Origin: Flavobacteriales bacterium | GTDB taxonomy: Bacteria > Bacteroidota > Bacteroidia > Flavobacteriales_F > PHOS-HE28 | Direction of reading: 5' to 3' | DNA: 64,000 nucleotides | NCBI GenBank assembly: GCA_041745875.1 | Contig: JBGTIB010000306.1 | Location: 298 to 64,297, forward strand | Shown here: positions 26,599 to 36,900 of the stretch, one piece after another | Numbering within the stretch: position 1 is the first letter of the stretch | How the letters are laid out: the number at the start of each line of letters is the position of its first letter | Notes under the pieces: model-generated | The model's database searches: none | What the model was told of the DNA's origin: nothing | What the model saw: the letters and a program-made list of their open reading frames with translations, nothing else | Made by a program: the position numbers and the translations under genes

Positions 26599-28452
26599 AT
26601 GAGGTGCCCCAATACCATTTGCCTCGCCTTGCTCATGACCAGCAATGCATGGTCACAGTCCGCGGATAGTACCGGCATTCCCATGTGGGATAGCCCGGCA
26701 ACACGCACGTTGGCGGATACGACAAGGATCATCACCCTGCTTGACAGTGCCCGGGCATGGGTGGGCCAGGGCGAGACGGAGCGACCCGTGCATGTTACAG
26801 CCGCTGCCTTGGAACTGATATCGGGCATCCCCTTGCCGAACTCCGCCGAGGACTGGTTGGGCATCCGGACCATGCAGGCCAACAAGCTGCAGGGTATCGC
26901 CCACCACTATGCGGGTCGTTATGCGAAGGCACTGGACAGCTTCCAACACATGGAAGTGGCAGCACACGCCCAGGGTCGCGATAAGGATGTTGCCGCCGCA
27001 CTCAACTACCAGGGTTACCAGTATCGCTCCATGGTCGAGTTGGAACGCGCACGCGCCATTACACTGCGCGCGTTGCGGATCCTGCAAGGTCTGCCCGAGG
27101 ATGGCAACCTGGCCAATACGTATTCCGGCCTGGGCGCGATCTATTTCGACCTGGCCCGCATGGACAGTGCCTTGATCCTGCAACAAAATGCGGTGGAACT
27201 AAATGAACGCCTGGGCTATGACTATTACGCTGCCTTGTGCAGGATGGCTGTCGCAGAGATCCACAATCACAATTCCCATTTCCAGGACGCCGCCGAGGAG
27301 ATCCGACTGGCACGACCTGCCGTGATGGAGGAGGGTAGCCCACCCGACCAGGTCATCTTCCTGTATCATGAGGCACGCGCGTTCATGGGCACCCAACGCA
27401 TCAAGGACGCCGAGGCCAGTGCGCGACAGGCCATGGACCTGGCCACCGAGGTCGGGAACGACGAGTATGTTTTCCGCAGCCTGGAATTATTGGCCTTGGT
27501 GGCCAGTGCCCAGGAACAGTTCGGGCTCGCCATGGAACTACAGGATTCGGCGAGAATGGCGCTGGTACGCACCCTTGATCTGGCCAAGGCACAGGAACTG
27601 ACCGAAGTGCGCCTGACCGCCGAGCATGAACGCGAAGCCGCCCAAGCACAACTGCTCCTGAACGAGGAGAAGCGTCAGAAGAAGTACATGATGATCGGCG
27701 GTGGGCTGGTGGCGTTGATCGCGGCACTGCTCCTTTGGTCCCTGCTGGCAGCGCGACGGAACGCAGCGTTGTTGCGATCGAAGAACGAGGAGATACTGCG
27801 CGCTCAAAGCAGGGTGGTCGAAGTGGAAAAGCAGCGCGAGAACGAAGCGGTGCGCACACGCATCGCGCGGGATATCCACGACGACATCGGCAGCGGGCTT
27901 ACCAAGATCACCATGCTCGGCAACGATGCCAAGCGCCGCATGAGCGATGCCTCTGAAGAGCTTCAATCGTCGCTGGACCGCATCATAGGCCACAGCCGCG
28001 AGGTTTCCGCAGCATTGAGCGATATCGTCTGGACCGTGGACCCCTTGCATGACACCAGTGCTGAACTCGTCTCCCATGCCCGCATGGTGACCCAGCGCTT
28101 GTTGGAGGACACGGACCTGCAGGCTGAATTGCGGTTCACACACAATGATCCATCGCACCCAGTATCGCCCAATACCAAACACCACGTGATGATGGTGTTG
28201 AAGGAGGCCCTGAACAACGCCATGAAATATGCGGGCAAAAGCAACGTGGTGGTGGAGTTCAAGGCAGGGGCGCACCGCGTGGACTTGCGCGTCTCAGATG
28301 ATGGACCAGGATTTGGCCCAGTGCTAACAGGACGTGAAGGGAATGGGCTACGCAACATGCGGAAGCGTGCGGAGGCCATCGGCGCAACGCTTACGATAAA
28401 CGCTTCTCCAGGTAAGGGTTGTACCGTATCGCTACAAGGAGCACTTGATTGA
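26599..28452 (+). CDS. TPR-repeat sensor histidine kinase (paralog)
   Basis: Same architecture: RIARDIHDDIGSGLTKI, GNGLRNMRKRAEAIG; start moved to MRCPNTICLALLMTSNAWSQ. Confidence 0.85.
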   Translation: MRCPNTICLALLMTSNAWSQSADSTGIPMWDSPATRTLADTTRIITLLDSARAWVGQGETERPVHVTAAALELISGIPLPNSAEDWLGIRTMQANKLQGIAHHYAGRYAKALDSFQHMEVAAHAQGRDKDVAAALNYQGYQYRSMVELERARAITLRALRILQGLPEDGNLANTYSGLGAIYFDLARMDSALILQQNAVELNERLGYDYYAALCRMAVAEIHNHNSHFQDAAEEIRLARPAVMEEGSPPDQVIFLYHEARAFMGTQRIKDAEASARQAMDLATEVGNDEYVFRSLELLALVASAQEQFGLAMELQDSARMALVRTLDLAKAQELTEVRLTAEHEREAAQAQLLLNEEKRQKKYMMIGGGLVALIAALLLWSLLAARRNAALLRSKNEEILRAQSRVVEVEKQRENEAVRTRIARDIHDDIGSGLTKITMLGNDAKRRMSDASEELQSSLDRIIGHSREVSAALSDIVWTVDPLHDTSAELVSHARMVTQRLLEDTDLQAELRFTHNDPSHPVSPNTKHHVMMVLKEALNNAMKYAGKSNVVVEFKAGAHRVDLRVSDDGPGFGPVLTGREGNGLRNMRKRAEAIGATLTINASPGKGCTVSLQGALD

Positions 28453-28481
28453 TCTTTTTTCCCGCCTATCTTGGCGGGGCC

Positions 28482-29123
28482 ATGTCCAATGTTCCAATTC
28501 GTGTCGCTGTGGTTGAGGATGATCGTGAGATCAGGGGTCTCCTACGCGGCATACTTGAGCGGGCCGAAGGGTTGCAAGTGGTTGGCACCTTCCCCGATGC
28601 GGAGGATTATTTGTCCGATCTGGAACGTATCGCGGCCGATGTGGTGCTGATGGACATCGGTTTACCGGGTATCAACGGGATCGAATGCGTTCGGCAGGCC
28701 AAGCCCATGAGACCCGCCACACAATACCTGATGAGCACGGTGTTCGAAAGTCCCGCGTACATACACCAGGCCTTGTGCGCCGGCGCCACGGGATATCTGG
28801 TGAAGAACGCCGAGCCCGAGGAGATCATCGCGGCCGTGCGCGACATTCACGCAGGTGGCTCACCCATGTCGCCGCCGATCGCGCGTCTGGTGGTGGCTTC
28901 CTTCCAACAGCAGGTGCAGCAAAGCATACAGGACCATTTGCTCACCGAGCGGGAACGGTCCGTGCTGGACCAACTGGCCAACGGGCTCATGTACAAGGAG
29001 ATCGCGGCCAAGGCGGGCATCAGCACGGAGACGGTGCGCAAGCACGTACGCAACATCTACGAGAAGTTGCAGGTGGGCTCGCGCATGGAGGCGGTTCGCA
29101 AGGCGTACCCGAACGGGCGGTGA
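28482..29123 (+). CDS. response regulator, NarL/LuxR family
   Basis: REC (RVAVVEDD...VVLMDIGLPGINGIE) + LuxR HTH (LTERERSVLDQLANGLMYKEIAAKAGISTETVRKHVRNIYEKL). Confidence 0.9.
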   Translation: MSNVPIRVAVVEDDREIRGLLRGILERAEGLQVVGTFPDAEDYLSDLERIAADVVLMDIGLPGINGIECVRQAKPMRPATQYLMSTVFESPAYIHQALCAGATGYLVKNAEPEEIIAAVRDIHAGGSPMSPPIARLVVASFQQQVQQSIQDHLLTERERSVLDQLANGLMYKEIAAKAGISTETVRKHVRNIYEKLQVGSRMEAVRKAYPNGR

Positions 29124-29153
29124 CACACGGCGCATACCACTAAGGTGTTATTG

Positions 29154-29180
29154 CCGGGTACCAAGCAGCCCGGTTCTTTT
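29154..29180 (+). terminator. possible intrinsic terminator after the response regulator
   Basis: ccggg-taccaagcag-cccgg followed by ttcTTTT. Confidence 0.35.
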
Positions 29181-29242
29181 GGATGGTCGCTCCAATTACG
29201 GAGCGAATGTCCATGGCACGCTACCGGGAAATTATCCGAAAC

Positions 29243-30937
29243 ATGCGCATCTCCGTGAGATCGGCGAAGGCATGCGCGGTCTTGGTCGCATTCCCTATGG
29301 GACTGCAGGCACAGGACCTGGGGCAGGTCGGCAGTAAAAAACCTTTCGGGCTGAATGGCAGCATCAGCCTGCAAGGTGGGCCGTACTTCTACAGTGGTGA
29401 CGGCGCCCCCCGCAACCAGCCGTTCTTCTGGAACAGTACGGGCACGTTGAACCTCTCCGTCTACGGGTGGCAGGCACCCTTCAGCTACTCGGTGGGTTCG
29501 CAGGAGCGCAGCTGGACCCAGCCCTTCAACCGCTACGGTGTAAGCCCGTACTACAAGTGGATCAGGTTGCACGTCGGCTATCGCAGCATGCGCTTCAACC
29601 CATACACGTTCGCAGGGCTCCAATTTCTGGGCGGGGGTGTGGAGCTTGAACCGAAGGGCTTCCGTTTCGCTGCATTCTATGGTCGGTTCAACAAGCCGAT
29701 CGCACAGGATACGCTTGGCACCATCGTTCCCATACCAGCCTATCGACGCATGGGTATGGGTGTCAAGGTCGGAGTAGGCAATCGGAGGAGCTATGCGGAC
29801 ATTATGCTGGTCCGGGCCCAGGATGACACGAACTCCATACCCGAAGTTCGATCGGGCACACGCATGGCCCCGATGGAGAACCTGGTCCTGGGCTTGAGCG
29901 GTCGTGTGGCGCTGGGGCCAAAGGTCACCTGGGAATTCGACCTGGGTGCCAGCGCGATGAACGAGGATGTGCGTGCACCGCGCGTGGACCCGAGCGACCT
30001 CCCTCGCTTCGCCGATGGCCTCTTCGTGCAACGCTACGGTAGCAAAGCGCTCTTTGCCGGGCACACGGCTCTGCGGTGGAACGCCCGGCGATTCACGATG
30101 CGTGTGCAGTACAAGGAAGTAGAACCGGGATATCGCTCCCTGGCCGCATTCTATCAGCAGACCGACCTGCGTGCCATCACCATGGAACCCAGCTTTCGTC
30201 TGGCAAAAGGAAAGTTGCGGGTCGGTGGCAGCTATGGCTTGCAACAGGACAACATCCGCAACACCAAAATGGCGGGGTCGCAGCGCCGCATCGGCTCGGC
30301 GAACGTGAGCTGGAACCCTTCGCAGAAGTACGGTCTCGATGCAAGTTTCTCCAATTATGGCATTGCTCAGCAGAGCGGACTTCAAGCGCTGAACGACACT
30401 TTCCGTGTGGCCCAGAACAACCGCAACATCGCGCTTTCCCAGCGCATGATGTTCACCAACAAGGTACGCACCTGGAATCTGATGCTATCCACCGGTCATC
30501 AGCAATTGCAAGACTTGAATCCCTTCGGCACCTATGCCACCACGGAGAACGAAGTGCTGTACGCGAACCTCTTCCTGTCTCGGGTGCGCATGCGCGACAA
30601 CCTGATGGTGAACGGCGGATTGAACGCGAACAGCAACGCCACCGCCACCGGCCGGTTCCTGCTCATTGGCCCCTCCTTGGGCTGTTCTCGTCCGTTCGCG
30701 GAACAGAGGCTCACCCTTTCCCTGAGCGCAAGCTTCAACAAGGCGTTCCTCAACGGACAGGATGCGGGCAGCACACTCAATGCAAGCCATATGATGAACT
30801 ACCGAATAGGCAAAATGCACCGCCTCCAATTATCCATCACGGCCCTGCTGAACAAGACCTCTTTCGTGGCTGCACGCGAATTCACCGAAGTGCGTTTCAT
30901 GGGCGGCTATGTATTGACCTTCCAAACCAAGTCCTGA
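29243..30937 (+). CDS. outer-membrane beta-barrel protein of unknown family
   Basis: Signal peptide MRISVRSAKACAVLVAFPMGLQAQ; alternating-hydrophobic strands with aromatic girdle residues throughout (LSVYGWQAPFSYSVG, VGYRSMRFNPYTFAG, FRFAAFYGRF). Confidence 0.65.
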   Translation: MRISVRSAKACAVLVAFPMGLQAQDLGQVGSKKPFGLNGSISLQGGPYFYSGDGAPRNQPFFWNSTGTLNLSVYGWQAPFSYSVGSQERSWTQPFNRYGVSPYYKWIRLHVGYRSMRFNPYTFAGLQFLGGGVELEPKGFRFAAFYGRFNKPIAQDTLGTIVPIPAYRRMGMGVKVGVGNRRSYADIMLVRAQDDTNSIPEVRSGTRMAPMENLVLGLSGRVALGPKVTWEFDLGASAMNEDVRAPRVDPSDLPRFADGLFVQRYGSKALFAGHTALRWNARRFTMRVQYKEVEPGYRSLAAFYQQTDLRAITMEPSFRLAKGKLRVGGSYGLQQDNIRNTKMAGSQRRIGSANVSWNPSQKYGLDASFSNYGIAQQSGLQALNDTFRVAQNNRNIALSQRMMFTNKVRTWNLMLSTGHQQLQDLNPFGTYATTENEVLYANLFLSRVRMRDNLMVNGGLNANSNATATGRFLLIGPSLGCSRPFAEQRLTLSLSASFNKAFLNGQDAGSTLNASHMMNYRIGKMHRLQLSITALLNKTSFVAAREFTEVRFMGGYVLTFQTKS

Positions 30938-30940
30938 GCC

Positions 30941-33900
30941 ATGGACCGATCGATTTCCCTGCCATTGGGCTTTGCCGCAACGCTATTGCTACAAGTGAAC
31001 ATGACGCATGCGCAAGACCCCTACCCGATCCAGATCACCATTGCGGTGCTGCCGCCCTATTCGGCGAGCATGCAATACTATTTCACCGATGCGGCCAACA
31101 TGGCCTTCTTCATCACGAACAACACCGACGAAGAAAGATACATCTACCTGGCCGGATCCATTGCCACCGTCGATGGCAGCATTTCCGCAGTGGTGGATGG
31201 TAGTATGCCTTGGAACGCACAGGCGCTCGTGATCCCTCCGAATGTGGTCAGTATGGAGTTCAGGGGAGGTACTCTGGAACCAATTCTGCAGGCCATAGGC
31301 AGCAATCCCGCTTCGCTCGATGGCATTTCCGAAGAGCAGCTTCGGCTGGGTATCCTGCCCGAGGGTAATTACAGGATCTGTCTCCAAGCCTTCGACTATT
31401 CCAACCCCGGCCTGGAGCTTTCGCGAGAGGGTGCATGTTCCAACATCATCTCGATCCGCGAAGGAGAACCTCCCGAACCACTGAACCCCACATGCGGAGC
31501 GGACGGTAACGGTGAGATGTTGACGCCCCAGACCCCGCAGCTCATCAACTTCATGTGGGTGTTGCCCGGAGGGCCGCCACCCGGGGCCCTTGTAAGCTAT
31601 GAGTTCCGGCTCGTTCGCATCGACAGCCCCTCCAATGCGCAGGCCGCCCTGGAGACCAGTACCGATGTGGTGCACGAGCAGGAGGTGATGACCACCATCC
31701 TGAACTATACGCAGATGATGCCAGCGTTGGAGGAAGGGCGCATGTATGCATGGTGGGTGCGCGCCATCCCGTTCCCACAAGATGCCGTGGTGTTCCGCAA
31801 CAACGGCTATATGCGGCCCTGTACATTCACCTATGCGGAACATGCAGATTCGGAATTCTCGTTGACCTATCCCGCGCAACATGACACCCTGCCCTGGGAT
31901 CTGCTGCCGATAATGGCCCGTTTCGAACCGCACGCCGGACCCTATGACATGCCCACCACGGGCCGCTTTTATAGCCGCCTGGTCACCACCGAGAACAGCG
32001 CAACGCTCAACACCATCCATCGCCAGGGTGAGAACGATGACATCCGCTGGGAGCAAGGCTACTTCCGCGCGCAATACGAATTGCTTGGCAGGCCGGCCGA
32101 CTTCACCGAAGAGCAGGCCCGGCACATCAACATCTACACCAATACACCTGCGATCCAGGACCGCTTCAAACGGGGAAGGCGATATGTACTGGAAGGGGAC
32201 ATCCGCACAAAGGATACCGACAACAGTGACGTCCGATATGGAGATGTGAGCGGCCTCTTCGTATCGGGCATGGGCAAGCCTCGGCCCCTGACCCCGGAGC
32301 ACAACGCGACCCTGCCCAAGAACGGGGGAGATACGACCACGACCGGTTTTTCGCCGGTCGTCCTTCGCTTTCAAACCGCCGAGACGCCCTTCGCACTGCG
32401 CCCTCCATTCCCCATACGCATCCTATACGGCAGCAATGCGCCCACCACCACCCAAGGCACGGCACACGAACGCTGGCTTCTGGAGGTCTCGCGCAGCCCC
32501 ACCATGAGCAACCCCATCCTGAGCAGCAGCGTGGAACTCGGGCCAACACTGTTGGTGGACCCCGCATGTGATGAGGAGTGCATGAGGAGCACCTTTTACT
32601 ACGTCGACTCCGTGCACTTCACTCCATCGGATACCGGAACCTTCTATTGGCGTGTCGCATGGATGCTTGACCCCACATCCGCCATGGGCGAGACCTACCA
32701 CGATGGCCCCGTACGCCAGTTCCGGATCACCGCCAATGATACCGTCCCACCACCGGCCGAACAGGAGGAGGAGCGGCCGCGTGAATGCGTGAGCATTTGC
32801 CGCGCGGAGCCCACACCCATTGCACAACGGATACCTGTGATGGACGTCGGTGTGAACGATACTGTCTCCGTGGGCCTGTTCAACATGCTCATCTCATCGA
32901 TCACCTGGACGGGTGGTAGTGCGAACGGGGAAGGCTTCATCCCCGTGCCCTTCATGAACTGCCCCATGAAGGTGAGCTTCACCAATGCACAGATCAATGA
33001 ACACAAGGTGCTGTACACTGGCGAAGTGCTGGGCCAATACGATAATGAAGCCATTGTACCGGCGGCATGGCGCACAGGTGCAGGGCTGGCCGCAGGATTC
33101 AGCCCGGGTGCGGTGCAGGCGATCGATGACTACCTCAATGCCACTGGACGGCTTACCACGCAAATGACCGGCAACATCCCCATGGGGCTCCCCATCGGGA
33201 TCGCCACCGATGTGCCAGGCGGTCGCTTTACGGTGGGCATCGTGGGGATGCAGTTCACCGATAGCGTCGCAAAGCTCAATGCGATGATGAGCGTACCGGT
33301 GCCTGAACTGGGCTTCAACTACGGGCTTGGGGTCAGCGATCAAGTGTTCCAACCCGATGGTGTTGGTTGCCCCGACCAGGATGCACTGCTCTACCTGGTG
33401 GATGATGTGCGCGTAGGCGTTGGTGGTGATACACTGGTGGTGCGCAGTACGCGGTTCGAGCCGGGCAACTACATCAATGTGGTGGACTCGGGCACCTTCG
33501 CGGCATGGGATTGCCGAGGCTTCCGCGCGCTGCAGCTCGATGCGGAATGGCGCTTCAGCCGCGACCACCTGCGCGAGGACAGGACCGATGGCACCTCCGG
33601 CCCGGACAAGATCATAGCCTCGCTGAAGACCCGCACCGGGCGCGGAGGTTTCATGGGACGTGTGGACTTCAATAAACCCTTCCACGTCGACGGTGCCGAG
33701 GGCTGGGGGATCGCCGTGCAGGAAGCCTGGTTGGACCTGGCCAGCTACACGAACCCGCCCGACATGAGCCTTTCTCCGGAGGTGGCCCAGCGGGTGGGCC
33801 TGATGGACGCCAATGGCGTTGCAGACCCCACGTGGCGTGGCTTCTACCTGAAACGCGCAATGCTCCGATTGCCCGATGGCGTGAAACGCTTTGGCAATAC

Positions 33901-36900
33901 CGAGCGCGTAACGGCCTTGATCGATGACATGGTGGTACACAACGGCCAGCTCACAGCGAGCTTCAAACTGGCCAGCTTGATCGGTGTGAACGAAGGCGAC
34001 CTGGCCGGTTGGGCGATCTCAGTTGATACGTTGCAAATGGACATCATCGCCAACAGTTTCAGCCAGGCCGTCATGAAAGGCCGCATGCGGACCGCAGTGA
34101 GCTCCACCCTTCTGGACTACACCGCATTGTGGCGGCAAAACCCGATCACATCCGACCATTGGATCGAATTCCTGATCGAACCCCAGGAGGATGTCCTGAT
34201 CCCGGTCCCCTTCCTTTCCGCCAACCTGCTGCTCGAAGAGACCAGTACGGTGGTGGGCACGCTCGGGCATGAACAAACTGGGAACTATGCGAAGGCCACC
34301 CTCAACGGATCGCTCACCCTGGCCAGTCCACCCTCGGCAGCCGTGGCGATGAACATCAGTGGTGTCGCCTTCGAGAACCTCTGGTTCAGTACACAAGAGC
34401 CCTACACCAACATTGACAGCACGGCGCTTTTCTCACACGCCAGTCCGCAGAAGTACATGGGTGGAGAACCTTTGGATGACGCCGGAGCGCCACCGACGTC
34501 GGGGGGCAGTACCGGCGGATTCCCCATCAGCATCACGCGCGTCACCGGTGAGCGCACCACCATCGATGGCAAGCCTGCTGCCGGTCTCGCCTACGACATC
34601 AACCTGAACCTGACGGGCACCTCGAACATCTTCGTCGCCACCACGCGCGTGGCCACGCTGGGCGTGCTCAACACGACCGAGATCCACCAGTGGGGCGATC
34701 ATGAGATGCGGCTGGATTCCATCGGCGTTGACGGAGAGATCGGATCCGTGAAAGTGAATGGTGGGTTGAAGTGGTACCGCGACAGCCCGACCTATGGTAA
34801 TGGCATCAAGGGGAGCCTACGCGCAGAGTTCATGAACCGCAAGGTGCAGGTGGAAGCTGCCGCGCAATTCGGGTCGGTGAACGGCTACAAGTACTGGTAT
34901 GTGGATGCCATGGTGGCCAAGAAACCCGGCTGGAACTGGCCCTCTCCGATCACGATCTACGGTTTCGGGGGTGCTGCATGGTATCACATGAAGAAGCATG
35001 GCGCCCTGCCCCAGGCAGCCATGCTTACCGTCGATCAGCTACTCGCCGATGTGGATCCTTCCATGGAACCGGGGTATACCTACAGCGGCCTTGCCTTCAC
35101 GCCGGACCAAGGTGTTGGTTTCGGCTTGGAGGCAACACTGGTCTTCAGTGATCCGGGCACCACCAGTACCTACAACGGCAACGTCTCCCTGGGAGCGCAA
35201 TTCAATAACACCACAGGGGGCTTGCTGGAACTGTACCTGGATGGCGACCTCTATGTGATGAAGGAAGTGAACAGTGTCGGGCACGTGCCCATATATGGCA
35301 ACGGCCGGATCAGCTATGACTTCCCCAACGATGTATTCGCGGCCGGGTTCGAGATGTTCGTGAATGTAGGACCGGGCAAGGTTTACGGTTTGGGACCGCA
35401 GAACCGCGCAGGGCGACTCGATCTATTCGTGAATTCCGACTCGTGGCACTTGCACGTCGGCAACCCGGATGATCGCGTGCAGTTGACGATCGCCGGGCTC
35501 ACCACGGGAGGCTTCTATTTCATGGTAGGCGATGACCTTCCCCAGGTACCCATGCCCCCGCCTGAGGTGGCGAACCTCGTTCCTGCTGGTTACCTGGTAC
35601 GCGACGATCTGAGTGATGCTGGTGGGGTGGCGTTCGGTGCGAACGTGTACTTCGCGCATGCCGACACCGTGCTGATCTTCTACTACAAGCTGAACGGGCA
35701 GTTCGGGTTCGACATCACTTTCCGCGATGCTGGCGAACTGGTCTGCATGGGCGAGACAGATCCTGGTATCGGCCCCTTCTATGCGCGGGGCCAACTGTAT
35801 GCGCATATGGGCGCTGCCGTCGGCATCATCCTGGACGCCGGTTTCTTTTCGGGAAGCTATCACCTGTTCGATGTGGGCCTGGCCGGCTTGTTCCAATGCG
35901 GCTTCGCCAACCCCTCCTGGCTGAAGGGCTTTGTATACGGCGAGTACAGCATCCTGCATGGCATGGTGCGTGGCTCGATCAACCTGCCATTCCAGGCCGG
36001 AGACCAATGCGAGCCGCCGAACAGTGGCCTCCTCGACGGCTTGAACCCCATCGGCGACCTCAGCCCTGAAGATTTCAGTGGCCTGCCGCCGCTCTGCACG
36101 GATGCGAAAGTGTGCGGTGTGGATTGCGGCACCATGCCCGAAGCCATATTCAATATGAAGGTCGATCATGCATTCACCATGCACGAAATGCGCTCGAACG
36201 GTACCTGGCTGCCACGCACCTTCAAGCTGGAGGTCGAGCACTTCGAACTGCGCAAGAAGAGCACCAATGCCCTCGTCGCAGGCACCATCAGCATGGCCAC
36301 GAACAAGGAGATGGCTACGCTGGGCCCCAACGCCTACCTGGAGCCCAACACCGAGTTCACGGTATCCATAAAAGTCCGTGCCCAGGAACTGAAGAACGGC
36401 ATCTGGGAGGTGGTGAAGAGGGACAATGTGCCCGTGATATGGATGAAGAAGCACAGCTTCAAGACCAATACGGGGATCGAAGAATTGCGCCCGCAGGACG
36501 TGGCTTGGAGCTACCCCTTCCTACGCCAGCGATTCCTGCTGCAGGACGAATGCCGCAACGGGATCATCGACTGCAAAAGCAGCTTGGCCGACCAGCCGGT
36601 GTTCAAAGCTCCACCAGGAAGGCGGCGTGAGTACCGCGTGGTCTTCGTACCCGTCACAGGTGGGGCCATGGTGGAGCGCGATGTCGAACTGAACCTTACG
36701 GATAGCACGACCGCATTGTCCTTCGCGATACCACCCTTACAGAACAGCAAGACCTACACCTTGAAGGTGGTGGCGCGCGACGTGATCGATGCATCCACCA
36801 TGGGCATTACCGAGGAAGGTCCTGCTTCTTCCGGCGGCTTCAACCCGCAGGAACATATGCAGGGGCTGTTGAATACCCAGGTACAGAACACCGGGATCGC

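Noticed and set aside
29057-36454. Long minus-strand ORFs (442 aa at 29057-30385, 461 aa at 30989-32374, 348 aa at 32894-33940, 343 aa at 35423-36454) inside the OMP and giant-protein genes
   Set aside because: They are antisense to uninterrupted plus-strand genes with signal peptides and coherent gene spacing, and have Arg/Gly/His-rich composition. I treat them as GC-driven spurious ORFs.
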